A stretch of DNA of 64,000 nucleotides from NCBI GenBank assembly GCA_965247055.1, contig CBDFGE010000004.1, forward strand, positions 199,895-263,894, written 5' to 3'. Shown one piece after another: positions 25,388 through 35,520 of this stretch; positions within the stretch are counted from its first letter, which is position 1, and each line of letters starts with the position of its first letter. Origin of the DNA: Dehalococcoidia bacterium (GTDB lineage Bacteria; Chloroflexota; Dehalococcoidia; Lucifugimonadales; JAGWBF01). The position numbers were made by a program, and so were the translations under genes. The notes below the pieces were generated by a model. It was not told the DNA's origin and ran no database searches. It worked only from the letters and a program-made list of their open reading frames with translations.

Positions 25388-26102
25388 CTCTAGCCCTGGA
25401 GATCGGCACGATCCTGATGCCCAACCCCGGCTCCACCTCGAAACCAGATATATTGCCTGTGACCATCTCCGCTCCCCGTATTTTGGCTACCGCAAGGGTT
25501 TTCACCATCTGGGAGCCCGACCTCTGCACCTGGAGCTTCAGATAGGCGTCACACACCGACCTGACCCTCGTCAGAATGTTCTCGTCGAAGGCATAGGAGT
25601 GCACCGTACAGATTATCACCTTCCCCTGGTCACAGAAGGCCTTGCACCTTCGGAAGAAGTCCTGGATCTGGTCGCCTCCAGCGTGGGAAACGAAGGTGGT
25701 GAGGGAGTCTACGATTACGACCCGGCACTTCTGCTGTGCCTCAATGTGCCTGGTCAGCTCTTGAAAGAGAATTCCGGGCTCTATGGAGTCCGGAGGAATT
25801 GTGACCGGATATATCTGGAGATGGTCCAAAAGAAAGTAGTCCTTTACGTCGAGTCCCAGGCTGTCCATCTGCCTTAAGAAGCTCTGGACGGTCTGCTCGG
25901 TGACGTAGATCGCCACGTCTTCCCCGGATTTAAGGGCGCCGGACAGAAGTTGCTGTGCCCAGGTGCTCTTCCCCGATGCCGCTTCTCCTTCGATCAGCAT
26001 CAGGGTGCGGTAGGGTATACCGCCCCCGATGCGCCTGTCGATCTCCTGGGTCTGCGTGGATATTACCGTGTTCTGCTGTGCCAGGCCTACGGCGCTTGTC
26101 AT
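25383..26102 (-). CDS. arlH: KaiC/RecA-like ATPase, FlaH/ArlH-like
   Basis: 239 aa. It contains IDRRIGGGIPYRTLMLIEGEAASGKSTWAQQL, and its length and C-terminus (GIRIVPISRA) resemble FlaH. Its TAG stop (25385-25383) is the CTAG at the IS terminus. Confidence 0.75.
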   Translation of the reverse strand: MTSAVGLAQQNTVISTQTQEIDRRIGGGIPYRTLMLIEGEAASGKSTWAQQLLSGALKSGEDVAIYVTEQTVQSFLRQMDSLGLDVKDYFLLDHLQIYPVTIPPDSIEPGILFQELTRHIEAQQKCRVVIVDSLTTFVSHAGGDQIQDFFRRCKAFCDQGKVIICTVHSYAFDENILTRVRSVCDAYLKLQVQRSGSQMVKTLAVAKIRGAEMVTGNISGFEVEPGLGIRIVPISRARA

Positions 26103-26176
26103 GTTCTATACCCCGGAAGGCAACGAGTTACCACCTTCGTCAGCCCATTCGCAAAAGCTATCTGCTATCGTTCGTT

Positions 26177-26205
26177 ATTATACATCATCATGGGCGAGTT
26201 TGCAC
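26177..26205 (-). promoter_or_regulatory. Candidate -10 (TATAAT) upstream of arlH
   Basis: The minus-strand TGTATAAT lies at 26184-26177, about 75 nt upstream of ATG 26102. There is no convincing -35. Confidence 0.25.
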
Positions 26206-26423
26206 GGATACGGGCACACTAGCGCTCCACGGCGGCTCTAGCTCCGGGCGTTGTTGACTTGTTACAGTGGTTCCTTTAGAATACACCATTGGCGCCACAG
26301 AAACCGCGTTGCTCGCTGTATCCCGTCCCTGTGCTTACCTTAGATATCGGGTGCCGTATACGGCTCGGCGTGCTACGAAGGCGTTTGGGGCGGTGCTACT
26401 CCAGGAAGGGAAGGGGAGAGGCG

Positions 26424-27839
26424 ATGGCGTATCGAGAAGATATTGCCCTGATGGCCCACCTGATGCGGCGTGCCGGGTTTGGAGCGTCGCGCGCCGAGCT
26501 GGACGCTCGGGTCGCCAGGGGGTACGAGGCGACGGTGGAGGAGCTGCTGGAACCTGATAGCCACGGCATTCCTGAAAACGATGAGGACCTTCTCTTTCGG
26601 CACGCATCGGGGACGATGCTTCCCGGAGGCGTCCCCCTCCCGGGGCAGGCGAACTACATCTGGCAGATGATCAACACCAGGCGTCCCCTGGAAGAGAAGA
26701 TGGCCCTGTTCTGGCACCACGTGTTCGCCACCGGCAACTCCAAGGTAGACAATTGCGACCAACTCCTTGCCCAGATAAACATGTTCCGGCGCCGCGGAAT
26801 GGGCAGCTACCGGGAGCTCCTGGTGGAGCTGGCCAAAAATCCTGCCATGATCTTCTGGCTGGACAACAACCAGAACCATAAGGACCAGCCCAACGAGAAC
26901 TGGGGCCGAGAGCTGCTCGAACTGTTCTCCATGGGCGTTGGCAACTACACCGAGCAGGACGTTTTCGAGTGCTCCAGGGCCTTCACCGGTTGGACCATCG
27001 CCCCCAAGATACCTCGCCTCCCTCTGGGACGCTTCTCCTGGGAGTTCGAGTACAGGCCCGAGGACCACGACGATACGGCGAAGGTGTTCCTGGGGCACCG
27101 GGGCCGCTTCGACGGGGAGGACGTCATAGACATCATCGCCCGGCAACCGGCCACGGCGCGGTTCATCGCCTGGCACCTGTACAACTTCTTTGTTGCCGAT
27201 GAGCCGCAGGTGCCGGCGTGGCAGCACACCCCGCCCCGCGACCCCGCCGCCGTCAACATAATAGCGGACGTCTTTATCACCTCCGGCTACGACATGCGTT
27301 CCATCCTCCGGGTGCTGTTCTACTCGGAGTTCTTCAAGGAAGCCCGTTACGCCAAGGTGAAGAGCCCGTCCGAGGTCGTAGTGGGGACCATGAACCTGGT
27401 GGGAGACTTCAAGGGTATACCCAAGCCGGGTCTCTACGACATCGGCGCGGAGCCGACCAATATGGGTCAGGCCCTGCTGGACCCCCCCAGCGTGGAGGGG
27501 TGGCACACCGGGTCCGAGTGGGTAGACAGCGGTGCCCTGGTGAGGCGGATAAATTTTGTGGGCGACAAGCTGGGGGACCTGAGCCTGCCCGGTGTCCAGG
27601 ACATTGTCGACCGGGTCCGCGCTCGCGGTCCCATCTCCCCCGATCAGCTGGTGGATGACTGCCTCGACCTTATTGGGCCTGTCGAGGTCGGGGAGGGGAC
27701 ACGTCGAGAGCTCTTGGGTCACGCAGAGGCTGGGGGCGAGGTGCGATGGGATTCGGAGGAAGCGCCCGGCGCGTCGGCCCGGAGGGTCGCGGAGATGCTA
27801 CAGCTGATAGCCTGCACCCGGGAGTTCCAGTTCGGCTAG
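26424..27839 (+). CDS. DUF1800 family protein
   Basis: The track ORF starts at 26289, but ATG 26424 follows GGAAGGGGAGAGG. Motifs seen: MAHLMRRAGFGASRAELD, LFWHHVFATGNSKV, FWLDNNQNHKDQPNENWGRELLELFSMGVGNYTEQDV. Confidence 0.8.
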   Translation: MAYREDIALMAHLMRRAGFGASRAELDARVARGYEATVEELLEPDSHGIPENDEDLLFRHASGTMLPGGVPLPGQANYIWQMINTRRPLEEKMALFWHHVFATGNSKVDNCDQLLAQINMFRRRGMGSYRELLVELAKNPAMIFWLDNNQNHKDQPNENWGRELLELFSMGVGNYTEQDVFECSRAFTGWTIAPKIPRLPLGRFSWEFEYRPEDHDDTAKVFLGHRGRFDGEDVIDIIARQPATARFIAWHLYNFFVADEPQVPAWQHTPPRDPAAVNIIADVFITSGYDMRSILRVLFYSEFFKEARYAKVKSPSEVVVGTMNLVGDFKGIPKPGLYDIGAEPTNMGQALLDPPSVEGWHTGSEWVDSGALVRRINFVGDKLGDLSLPGVQDIVDRVRARGPISPDQLVDDCLDLIGPVEVGEGTRRELLGHAEAGGEVRWDSEEAPGASARRVAEMLQLIACTREFQFG

Positions 27840-27904
27840 TCTGAAGTATCGGGCGCACGTGCCGGCGGAGATGGTTGCACAAGGCTCGAAGGGTAGGAGA
27901 AAAC

Positions 27905-28924
27905 ATGCTGGTACGCACTGTCTCGGGCAGGACCTACAGCTATAGCCACTGTCTTGGCCGCGGGGCCAACGGTGGGACCGGCTTCAGGTACGCGATGGAC
28001 GTAGGTCTGGGGCCCGGTGGCGTCGCCTATGTTTTGAACCGGACCGCCGAGTACAACCCCTTTACAAGGGTGACGAAGTGTACGCTCGGGGACGGTGCCG
28101 GCCAGGAAGAGTTTCTCCTGGAATTCGGTAGCTACGGCTCGGAGGACGGCCAGTTCATGCAGGTCACCTGTCTCGCCCTTGACAGTGAAGAGAACGTGTA
28201 TGTGGCCGATGAGTGGCTCAACAGGATCTCCGTGTTTGACAGGCAGGGCAGATTCTTGAACAAATGGGGCGTGGCGGGCCCGGGCGAAGGGGAGCTTAAC
28301 CGGCCCTGGGGACTGGCCTTCGATAGGGACGAGAACTTGTGGGTGGTGGACAGTGGCAACGAGCGTGTCCAGGCGTTCAGCAGGGAGGGGAGGTTCTTGC
28401 GCTGTTGGGGCAGGGAGGGCAGCGGCGACGGTGAGTTCAATATGCCCTGGGGTATCACTGTGGACGGCGCGGGCGACGTCTATGTGGCCGACTGGCACAA
28501 CGGCCGGGTGCAGAAGTTCGACCAGGAGGGGCGGTACCTGATGAGCTTCGGCGCTTCCGGCAGCGGCGACGGAGAGCTAAGGCGACCCAGCGGCGTGGCC
28601 GTGGACGAACAGGGTGATGTCTACGTGGCAGACTGGGGCGCGAGCCAGGTCCATGCCTACCGGCCCGACGGCTCCTATATCACGACCTTCATTGGAGACG
28701 CCCAGCGTCTACCTGCCTGGGGGGAGATGTCCATCGCCGCCAATCCGGACATGGGAAGGGCCCGGATGAGGGTCAAAAGCCTGGAGCCTGAATGGCGTCT
28801 GTTGTGCCCGACGGCGGTGAAGGTCGACGATCGCCGGAGGATTGTCGTCGTTGACCAGCAACGTAGCCGCCTCCAGATCTACGTGAAAGAAAAGGACTAC
28901 GTCGAGCCCCAGTTCAACCTGTAG
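27905..28924 (+). CDS. NHL-repeat six-bladed beta-propeller protein
   Basis: ATG 27905 follows GGGTAGGAGA. It carries repeated G(E/D)G(E/Q)(L/F)xxPxG(L/I/V)AxDxxGxxYVAD units. Confidence 0.8.
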   Translation: MLVRTVSGRTYSYSHCLGRGANGGTGFRYAMDVGLGPGGVAYVLNRTAEYNPFTRVTKCTLGDGAGQEEFLLEFGSYGSEDGQFMQVTCLALDSEENVYVADEWLNRISVFDRQGRFLNKWGVAGPGEGELNRPWGLAFDRDENLWVVDSGNERVQAFSREGRFLRCWGREGSGDGEFNMPWGITVDGAGDVYVADWHNGRVQKFDQEGRYLMSFGASGSGDGELRRPSGVAVDEQGDVYVADWGASQVHAYRPDGSYITTFIGDAQRLPAWGEMSIAANPDMGRARMRVKSLEPEWRLLCPTAVKVDDRRRIVVVDQQRSRLQIYVKEKDYVEPQFNL

Positions 28925-29005
28925 GACCAGCTCACCTAGCTGGAGTCTCTCCCGCGGGGGACAGGCGACATCTTCTCTCCGCCCGAAGTGTAACATGGAG
29001 GGGTC

Positions 29006-29683
29006 ATGTACGACTTTCACAGCCACACCTTCCTCAGCGACGGAGTGCTTTCGCCGGTCGAGCTGATCCGCCGGGCGCACGTGCGTGGATACCGGGTGAT
29101 AGGCGTGACGGACCACGTTGGTATGGGGAACGTGGAGCTGGTGGTGAAGATGCTGGTCAAGGAGTGCGCCATGGCGTCCGCCCGGTGGGACATACTTGCG
29201 CTGCCGGGGGTGGAGATCACCCACGTCCCCAAAGAAGATATCGACCTGGTCGCCGAGGCGGCCAAGGGGCTGGGGGCGGTGGTCGTGGTGGTCCACGGTG
29301 AGACCATAGTCGAGCCTGTGGAGCCGGGGACCAACCGGGCGGCTATAAGCTCCCCGTCGGTGGACATCCTGGCGCACCCGGGCATTATAGCGGTGGAAGA
29401 CGCCCGCCTGGCGTCGGACAGGGGGGTGTTCCTGGAGGTGTCGGCCCGCAAAGGCCACAGCCTCGCCAACGGGCACGTGGTGCGGATGGCTCTGGAGACG
29501 GGGGCCCTGATGCTGCTGGACTCGGATGCCCACGAGCCCGACGATCTTCTTACTCCCGAGCTAACTCAGCGGATCGCCCTCGGCGCTGGGTTGACCCACC
29601 ATCAAGCCCAGGTCCTCCTCGAAGAGAACCCCAGGCGCCTGCTGGACAAGCTAGAAGCCCGCCCGGTACCCGCCGGTCCGTGA
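29006..29683 (+). CDS. PHP-family (histidinol-phosphatase-like) metal-dependent phosphoesterase
   Basis: 225 aa. Motifs seen: MYDFHSHTFLSDG, VIGVTDH, VVVHGET, AHPG, DSDAHEP. Confidence 0.75.
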   Translation: MYDFHSHTFLSDGVLSPVELIRRAHVRGYRVIGVTDHVGMGNVELVVKMLVKECAMASARWDILALPGVEITHVPKEDIDLVAEAAKGLGAVVVVVHGETIVEPVEPGTNRAAISSPSVDILAHPGIIAVEDARLASDRGVFLEVSARKGHSLANGHVVRMALETGALMLLDSDAHEPDDLLTPELTQRIALGAGLTHHQAQVLLEENPRRLLDKLEARPVPAGP

Positions 29684-29716
29684 TGCCCTGAAGCCAGCCC
29701 CAAACCGAAGGGTCGG

Positions 29717-29860
29717 TCAGGCGGCTTTGCCTATACGGAACACCTTCGTGCTGCAGACCGGGCATGTGCCCTGGGTGGCCGGCCTGCCGTTCTTGAGGGT
29801 CACCTGCTTTGGGTTCTTGATATCTCGCTTGGAACGGCACTTGAAGCAGTAAGCCTGCAT
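29717..29860 (-). CDS. Small zinc-ribbon protein, DUF5679-like (47 aa)
   Basis: Too short for the ORF track. Own translation: MQAYCFKCRSKRDIKNPKQVTLKNGRPATQGTCPVCSTKVFRIGKAA. It has CxxC...CxxC and GGGGGGA 8 nt upstream of the ATG. Confidence 0.65.
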   Translation of the reverse strand: MQAYCFKCRSKRDIKNPKQVTLKNGRPATQGTCPVCSTKVFRIGKAA

Positions 29861-29970
29861 GTGAAACATCCCCCCTTCGCCTTCGGTACGCCCTAGCTAT
29901 CATATATACATTCCATGGGATATTTGTCAATACTCTTTTCATGCTTGAAGCGTAGAGGGTGCGGAGTCTG

Positions 29971-30930
29971 CTAGGCGCCGGCCGGAGATGGAGCATAGGG
30001 AGAGGGCGACTGCAGGCTGAACACCTTCTCGGGCTGCCACAGGTTTTTCGACCGGTCAAAGTGCACGACCGCAAGAAAGCTTCCATCCTGAGTATAGACC
30101 CGGTACCTTTCCATATAGCCCGCGTGAATCCCGATGTGACGAGGTAAGCTTACGGGCTGCCCGCTGATTATGTACCGCTGCGCCGCTCTGCTCACCGCGA
30201 CACTCTTCATATGTAGCAGAACGTAGTCCACAGGCACGAGGTACTCGTTCCACGGCTCTGGGCACGTCGCCTCTTGAAGCTTCGATAGACGTACGCTCTC
30301 GTCCATAGTGAAGGGCCCCGAGGCGACGCGGACAAGGCTGCGAAGGTAACCGCCGCAGCCCAGCGCTTCACCCAGGTCGTGGGCGACGGAGCGCATGTAC
30401 GCGCCCCGTCCGCTCTCCACCTCCAGTAGCAGAGATGGAGTAGAGTAGTCCAGTATCTGGACCTGGAAGACCTCCACCTTTCGTGGCTGCCGCTCCACCT
30501 CGATTCCGGCCCTGGCGAGTTTATACAGGCGCTGACCCCCGACCTTGATTGCGCTGTACATGGGTGGAGTCTGATAGATGGTGCCCCGGAACGACTTCAG
30601 GGCCTCTTCCACAGCTCCCAACTCCACCCCCGAAGGGTCGCCCCTCTTCACCACTTCTCCCTCCCCGTCGTAGGTCGAAGTGGTAACCCCCAGCTCCACT
30701 TCCATGCGGTAACGTTTGGGGCTCTCCACCAGGACCTCCATCAGACGGGTCGCCTGGCCGAAGCAGATGGGTAGTATCCCTTCCGCCAGCGGGTCGAGGG
30801 TGCCGCCATGTCCCACACCTTTCTTGAGGCCAGCCAGCCGCTTGACCTGGCGGACGATCTCCATAGATGTGGGGCCGGAAGTCTTGTAGAGGTTAAGAAA
30901 GCCGTTTATCGGTGCCTTTTTCCTGTCCAT
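29971..30930 (-). CDS. truB: tRNA pseudouridine(55) synthase
   Basis: 319 aa. Motifs seen: GFLNLYKTSGPTSMEIV, GHGGTLDPLAEGILPI, and a PUA-like C-terminus. Confidence 0.95.
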   Translation of the reverse strand: MDRKKAPINGFLNLYKTSGPTSMEIVRQVKRLAGLKKGVGHGGTLDPLAEGILPICFGQATRLMEVLVESPKRYRMEVELGVTTSTYDGEGEVVKRGDPSGVELGAVEEALKSFRGTIYQTPPMYSAIKVGGQRLYKLARAGIEVERQPRKVEVFQVQILDYSTPSLLLEVESGRGAYMRSVAHDLGEALGCGGYLRSLVRVASGPFTMDESVRLSKLQEATCPEPWNEYLVPVDYVLLHMKSVAVSRAAQRYIISGQPVSLPRHIGIHAGYMERYRVYTQDGSFLAVVHFDRSKNLWQPEKVFSLQSPSPYAPSPAGA

Positions 30931-31034
30931 TCCTCAGACCGACACGTCAGGTTGACCGAGCCGCACCCACAGTAGTAGCCCTGGGCGCCGGCCAATCGGT
31001 CTATGGGGTAAGTCTCCTTGTGGAGAAAGGCCCG

Positions 31035-31427
31035 CTATGGCCCAGTATCGCCGGCGGCTTCCCCCTGGGCTGTGCCCGAAGGACCGTCTGCGGAGAGTCC
31101 GTCCATGAGTTTGTAAATCTGCTCTGCGTCCTCGAGGGACTTGTCCAGGACGAAGCTCAACTGAGGAACGTACCTGAGAGATAGCCGATCCCTCAGCTCT
31201 TTCCTCATGAACCCGGCCGCCGACCTGATGCCCGTCAGCACCTTGTCCTTATCTCCCTGATCGCCCAGCACGCTAACGTGGACTCTAGCCAGGCGCAAGT
31301 CCGGGGAGGTCTCTACCTGGGTAATGCTGACGACTCCCGAGAGTCTGGGGTCATTCAGCTCGCGGGCGAGGAGCTGGCTGATTTCCTGGCGTAAAAGCCC
31401 GTTGATGCGCTCAGTGCGCCTGGTCAT
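31035..31427 (-). CDS. rbfA: Ribosome-binding factor A
   Basis: 130 aa. It contains RTERINGLLRQEISQLLARELNDPRL...ITQVETSPDLRLARVHVSVLG. Confidence 0.95.
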   Translation of the reverse strand: MTRRTERINGLLRQEISQLLARELNDPRLSGVVSITQVETSPDLRLARVHVSVLGDQGDKDKVLTGIRSAAGFMRKELRDRLSLRYVPQLSFVLDKSLEDAEQIYKLMDGLSADGPSGTAQGEAAGDTGP

Positions 31428-31501
31428 GGGAACCTACCCCCATCACAACCAAGAAGGAACTGACCAACGGTGGCCCGGATGGTCCAGACGCGGCCGGGGC
31501 T

Positions 31502-33340
31502 TTATCGGGTGGCTCGCTCCTTGCGATAGGTCTCCAGCACATCCTTTTCCTGGAAGTCGTTGTAGCCAGCCATGCCCACGCCGCACTCGAAGCCAGTGGC
31601 CATCTCGTTCACTTCTTCCTTGAAATGCCGGAGACTGGATATGGTCCCCGCGTGGATGACTACTCCCTCGCGGAGGACCCGCACCAAGGCCGACCTGGAG
31701 ACGCGCCCGTCGGTCACCATACACCCGGCTATTCGCGTCCGCCGGCCCATGGAGAAGATGGCCCTTATCTCGGCGTGGCCCTGGGTGACCTCTACGAAAG
31801 TAGTCTCTAGGATGCCCGACAGGGCCTTGTCTATGTCCTCCAGCAGCCGGTAGATGATGGCGTAATGCCTGATCTCCACCCCTTCCCTTTCGGCGAGCCG
31901 CTCCACACGGGGCTCGGTGGAGGTGTTGAACCCCAAGACGATGGCGTTGGAAGCACTGGCCAGCAGCACGTCGCTGTCGGTAATGCTGCCGCTCCCAGCA
32001 TGGAGGACCCGCACCTTCACCCTTTCTCCCTCCAGACGCTCCAAGGAGGAGCACACAGCCTCTACGCTTCCCTGTACATCGGCCTTCACGACAAGGTTTA
32101 GCTCTTTTATTTCCCCGGCGCTGACCTTGGTGTTGACCTCTTCCAGGGTCAGGGCGTGTGTATTGAACAGCTCTGTGTCCGTCTGGCGCGCCCTCTGGTC
32201 CACGATCTCCCTGGCGGCCTTTTCGTTGGGCACCACGACGAAGACATCGCCAGCATCGGGAAGGGGGTTGAAGCCCATGACTTCCACGGGCACGGAGGGC
32301 CCTGCCTCCTTGGTCCGTTCGCCCCTTTCGTTGGCCATCGCCTTGACCCTGCCGTAGGCGCTGCCAGCCACCACGGTGTCACCGATTCTGAGGGTACCGT
32401 TCTGAACCAGCACCGTGGCCAGGGGACCCCTGTTCCTGTCCAGCTTGGACTCGATTACGACGCCGGAGGCCAGCGTGTCGGGGTCGCCTTTCAGATCGGC
32501 TACCTCGGCGACTGCCAGGATGTTCTGCAGCAACTCCTCAATGCCGTCGCCCTGGATCGCGGATATGGGCACTGTGATGACGTCCCCTCCCCACTCTTCC
32601 AAAACCAGCCCCTGCTCGCCTAGCTGGCGCTTCACTCGGTCGGGATCGGCCTCGGGCACGTCGATCTTGTTTATAGCCACCACTATGGGCACGCCGGCCG
32701 CTCTGGCATGGTCCAACGCCTCTCTGGTCTGGGGCATCACGCCGTCGTCGGCCGCCACGATGAGGATTGCGATGTCCGTCGCCCGGGCGCCTCGGGCCCT
32801 TATGGCGGTAAAGGCCTCATGGCCGGGGGTGTCGAGAAAGGTGATCTCTCTGCCGTCGTAGGTCACCTGGTAGGCGCCTATGTGCTGGGTTATACCGCCT
32901 GCCTCACCGGCGGCTACATGGCTCTTGCGGACACTGTCCAGCAAGGTGGTCTTGCCGTGGTCCACGTGTCCCAGTATGGTCACCACGGGAGCGCGGGCGA
33001 CGAGTTTGGCGGGGTCCGTGTCCTCCGGTGCCTTCGAGGAGCCTGCCGACCCCGGGGTCGCTGCTTCCTCAGGACGTACCCTCACCTCAAAGGCAGAGGT
33101 GATCAGAGTAGCCATTTCGAAGTCGATAGTCTGGTTTACGGAGGCCATGATGCCATTGCGCATTAGCTGTTTGATCGCGTCTATGGGACTGATGTCGGTA
33201 AGCTCGGCCAGCCGTTTTATGGTGAGGGTCTGGGGAAGGACCACCACCTTGGGGGCAACCTTGCGGCGTGATGCCCTCTTCTCCGCGGTGCCGGTCTTTT
33301 TCCCGCCGCCTTCTGCGACGGCCGTTTGTTCAGAGCTCAT
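31502..33340 (-). CDS. infB: Translation initiation factor IF-2
   Basis: 612 aa. Motifs seen: [29 protein letters not shown], and the C-terminal domains. Confidence 0.97.
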   Translation of the reverse strand: MSSEQTAVAEGGGKKTGTAEKRASRRKVAPKVVVLPQTLTIKRLAELTDISPIDAIKQLMRNGIMASVNQTIDFEMATLITSAFEVRVRPEEAATPGSAGSSKAPEDTDPAKLVARAPVVTILGHVDHGKTTLLDSVRKSHVAAGEAGGITQHIGAYQVTYDGREITFLDTPGHEAFTAIRARGARATDIAILIVAADDGVMPQTREALDHARAAGVPIVVAINKIDVPEADPDRVKRQLGEQGLVLEEWGGDVITVPISAIQGDGIEELLQNILAVAEVADLKGDPDTLASGVVIESKLDRNRGPLATVLVQNGTLRIGDTVVAGSAYGRVKAMANERGERTKEAGPSVPVEVMGFNPLPDAGDVFVVVPNEKAAREIVDQRARQTDTELFNTHALTLEEVNTKVSAGEIKELNLVVKADVQGSVEAVCSSLERLEGERVKVRVLHAGSGSITDSDVLLASASNAIVLGFNTSTEPRVERLAEREGVEIRHYAIIYRLLEDIDKALSGILETTFVEVTQGHAEIRAIFSMGRRTRIAGCMVTDGRVSRSALVRVLREGVVIHAGTISSLRHFKEEVNEMATGFECGVGMAGYNDFQEKDVLETYRKERATR

Positions 33341-33636
33341 CGTACATCTCCAATACTGGCCGACTTGAGGTGCTCGTGGTAGAACAGGGAGAGGGCTTCT
33401 CTATCCTGCTCTGGTAGGGGCGCCCGGAGAACGTGCTCCAGCCGGGCCTTTCTCAGGCCACGGCTCCAGCACTCCTCCTTGGGGCACAGGTAAGCGCCGC
33501 GGCCCGCGATCTTGCCCGTGGGGTCCACCAGCACCTTCCCAGCCGGAGTACGGACTATCCTTATGAGCTGTCTCTTGGGCAGCCTTTCGCCACAAGTGAC
33601 GCAGCCTCGGACTGGTATGTGTTTAGCCTTCTGCAC
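33337..33636 (-). CDS. ylxR: YlxR/DUF448 family RNA-binding protein
   Basis: 99 aa. It contains [22 protein letters not shown]...GRGAYLCP and overlaps the infB start by 4 nt. Confidence 0.9.
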   Translation of the reverse strand: MQKAKHIPVRGCVTCGERLPKRQLIRIVRTPAGKVLVDPTGKIAGRGAYLCPKEECWSRGLRKARLEHVLRAPLPEQDREALSLFYHEHLKSASIGDVR

Positions 33637-33648
33637 ACCCTACTTCGG

Positions 33649-35238
33649 CTAACGGGGTCCTTTCGCTCCGAGGGGGGAACGTGGGGGGCCTCGATAACCG
33701 CCCTTCTTGGCCCTAGCTCCGGCGTTCCCTCCGCCGCCCTTACTCTGCCGGTCTCTCCGGCCTCTTCCCCGGAAGTCACCCATAATGTCCTCGGCGAAAC
33801 GTATCTGCCCCGCCCCCTGGGCGACCACCGGCGCGGGTACCTTCCACACATCCTCGCTGACCTCTTCCGCCTCCTCCACTTCCTCCTCTTCCTCCTCCAT
33901 TTCGAGGGCCAGTAGGGCCAGCTCCTCTTCGGGACTCAGCTTGTTGGAAGGGACCTCTACTTTAGCAGGCTCTTGGATCTCCTGGGGTGCCGGTACAGGT
34001 ACCTCTTCCTCCGTGACGGTCAAGACTTCCGCGACGGGACTGGCGGCCTCCTCGATGACCTGCTCTACCGTTGCCGCTGCAACCTCGACCTCGGCCTGGG
34101 TGGGCGCAGGCTCGGGCTCGGCCTCCGCCTCGGCCGTTGTTCCCCTGGCCGCGTCCCGGGTGGCCTCTTCCGCCTCAGCCTGGCGCCCCGCTTTTATCGC
34201 CTCCCACTCGGCCATGCTCTTGATGTCGATGCGGTAGCCGGTAAGCTTGGCGGCGAGCCGGGCGTTCTGCCCCTCTTTGCCGATGGCGAGGGAGAGCTGT
34301 CGCTCGGGAACCACCACGACGGCCGTGTGATGCTCCTCGTCCAGATCCACGTGGACCACCTCGGAGGGGCTCAAGGCGCTGGCCATCAGGACCTTGGGGT
34401 CCTTGTCCCAGCGCACCACGTCGATCTTCTCTCCTTGGAGCTCGTTCACGATGCTCTGTATGCGGTTGCCCCTCATTCCTATGCAGGAGCCCACCGGGTC
34501 GATGCCGTCCTGCCGGGAGGCGACGGCGACCTTGCTCCGGGTCCCCGCCTCTCGTGAGATCGCCTTGATCTCCACGATGCCGTTGAAGACCTCGGGTACC
34601 TCCAGCTCGAACAGCCGCCTGAGGAGGTCCTTGTGGCTGCGGGAGACCAGTATCTCCGGACCCTTGGAGCTGCGCCGCACGTCTACGACGTAGACCTTCA
34701 GACGCTGCCCCTTCCGGTAGCGCTCCGTCGGCACCTGCTCCTCGGGAAGAAGGACGGCCTGGGCCCGGCCCATATCCATCAGGACCACCCTTCCCGACTC
34801 CATCTGGTCCACCACTCCGGACACGATGTCGTTGACCCGCTGGCTGAACTCCTGGAAGACCAGCTCCCGCTCCACCTCCCTCAGCCGCTGGAGCACCACC
34901 TGCTTGGCCGTCTGGGCGGCGATGCGGCTCACCTGGTGGGGCAGCGAGTCGATGGCCATCTCGTCGCCCAGCGCGGCGTCCTGTTTCAGCTTGCGCGCCT
35001 CCTCCAGGGATATCTCCCTCTTGGAGTCCTCGACCGCCTCCACGACCGTCCTGGTCGCGAAGACGGTGACGTCGCCGCTGTTGGGATTGAGCTTGACGGA
35101 GATGTTCTGCCCCACCACCAGGGTGTCCTTCTTGAAGGCCGAAGCCAGGGCAACCTCAATGGCCGAGAGCACCTGCTCTCGGGGCAGGTGCCTCTCCGCC
35201 GCCAGCTGCGTCAACGCTATCATGAAGTCGCTCTTCAT
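33649..35238 (-). CDS. nusA: Transcription termination/antitermination factor NusA with a ~190-aa C-terminal extension
   Basis: The track ORF (606 aa) over-extends. ATG 35238 gives [31 protein letters not shown], the canonical NusA N-terminus. S1 and two KH domains follow, then an acidic stretch and an RG-rich tail. Confidence 0.93.
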   Translation of the reverse strand: MKSDFMIALTQLAAERHLPREQVLSAIEVALASAFKKDTLVVGQNISVKLNPNSGDVTVFATRTVVEAVEDSKREISLEEARKLKQDAALGDEMAIDSLPHQVSRIAAQTAKQVVLQRLREVERELVFQEFSQRVNDIVSGVVDQMESGRVVLMDMGRAQAVLLPEEQVPTERYRKGQRLKVYVVDVRRSSKGPEILVSRSHKDLLRRLFELEVPEVFNGIVEIKAISREAGTRSKVAVASRQDGIDPVGSCIGMRGNRIQSIVNELQGEKIDVVRWDKDPKVLMASALSPSEVVHVDLDEEHHTAVVVVPERQLSLAIGKEGQNARLAAKLTGYRIDIKSMAEWEAIKAGRQAEAEEATRDAARGTTAEAEAEPEPAPTQAEVEVAAATVEQVIEEAASPVAEVLTVTEEEVPVPAPQEIQEPAKVEVPSNKLSPEEELALLALEMEEEEEEVEEAEEVSEDVWKVPAPVVAQGAGQIRFAEDIMGDFRGRGRRDRQSKGGGGNAGARAKKGGYRGPPRSPLGAKGPR

Positions 35239-35520
35239 CGCGTCCTTTGCCCCCCCAAGAGTTTGGGCGCCTACGATCGCCCGCTCCACCGCACCAGTCC
35301 CCGATAGACACGTGACCGCTGTCCCTCCTTCTAGCAAGAAGCCCCGATGTATCGGGGCCTCCAGGAACAGGAGCGCGTGCCAACCAGAGTATAGCATCCA
35401 ACGCCGGGCGTTGCAACCTTTTTGCCCAAAACACAAAACAGGCCACCGGCCCCGACGGCGTTCTCCCAATATGGGGCCGCGCCGGTCAGGCCGGGGCGCC
35501 GGACTCGCTGGGCATCACGG

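Noticed and set aside
35239-35469. N-terminal 77 residues of the 606-aa track ORF for NusA.
   Set aside because: The canonical NusA N-terminus ([23 protein letters not shown]) begins at ATG 35238. The upstream extension is Cys/Trp/Arg-rich with no SD.
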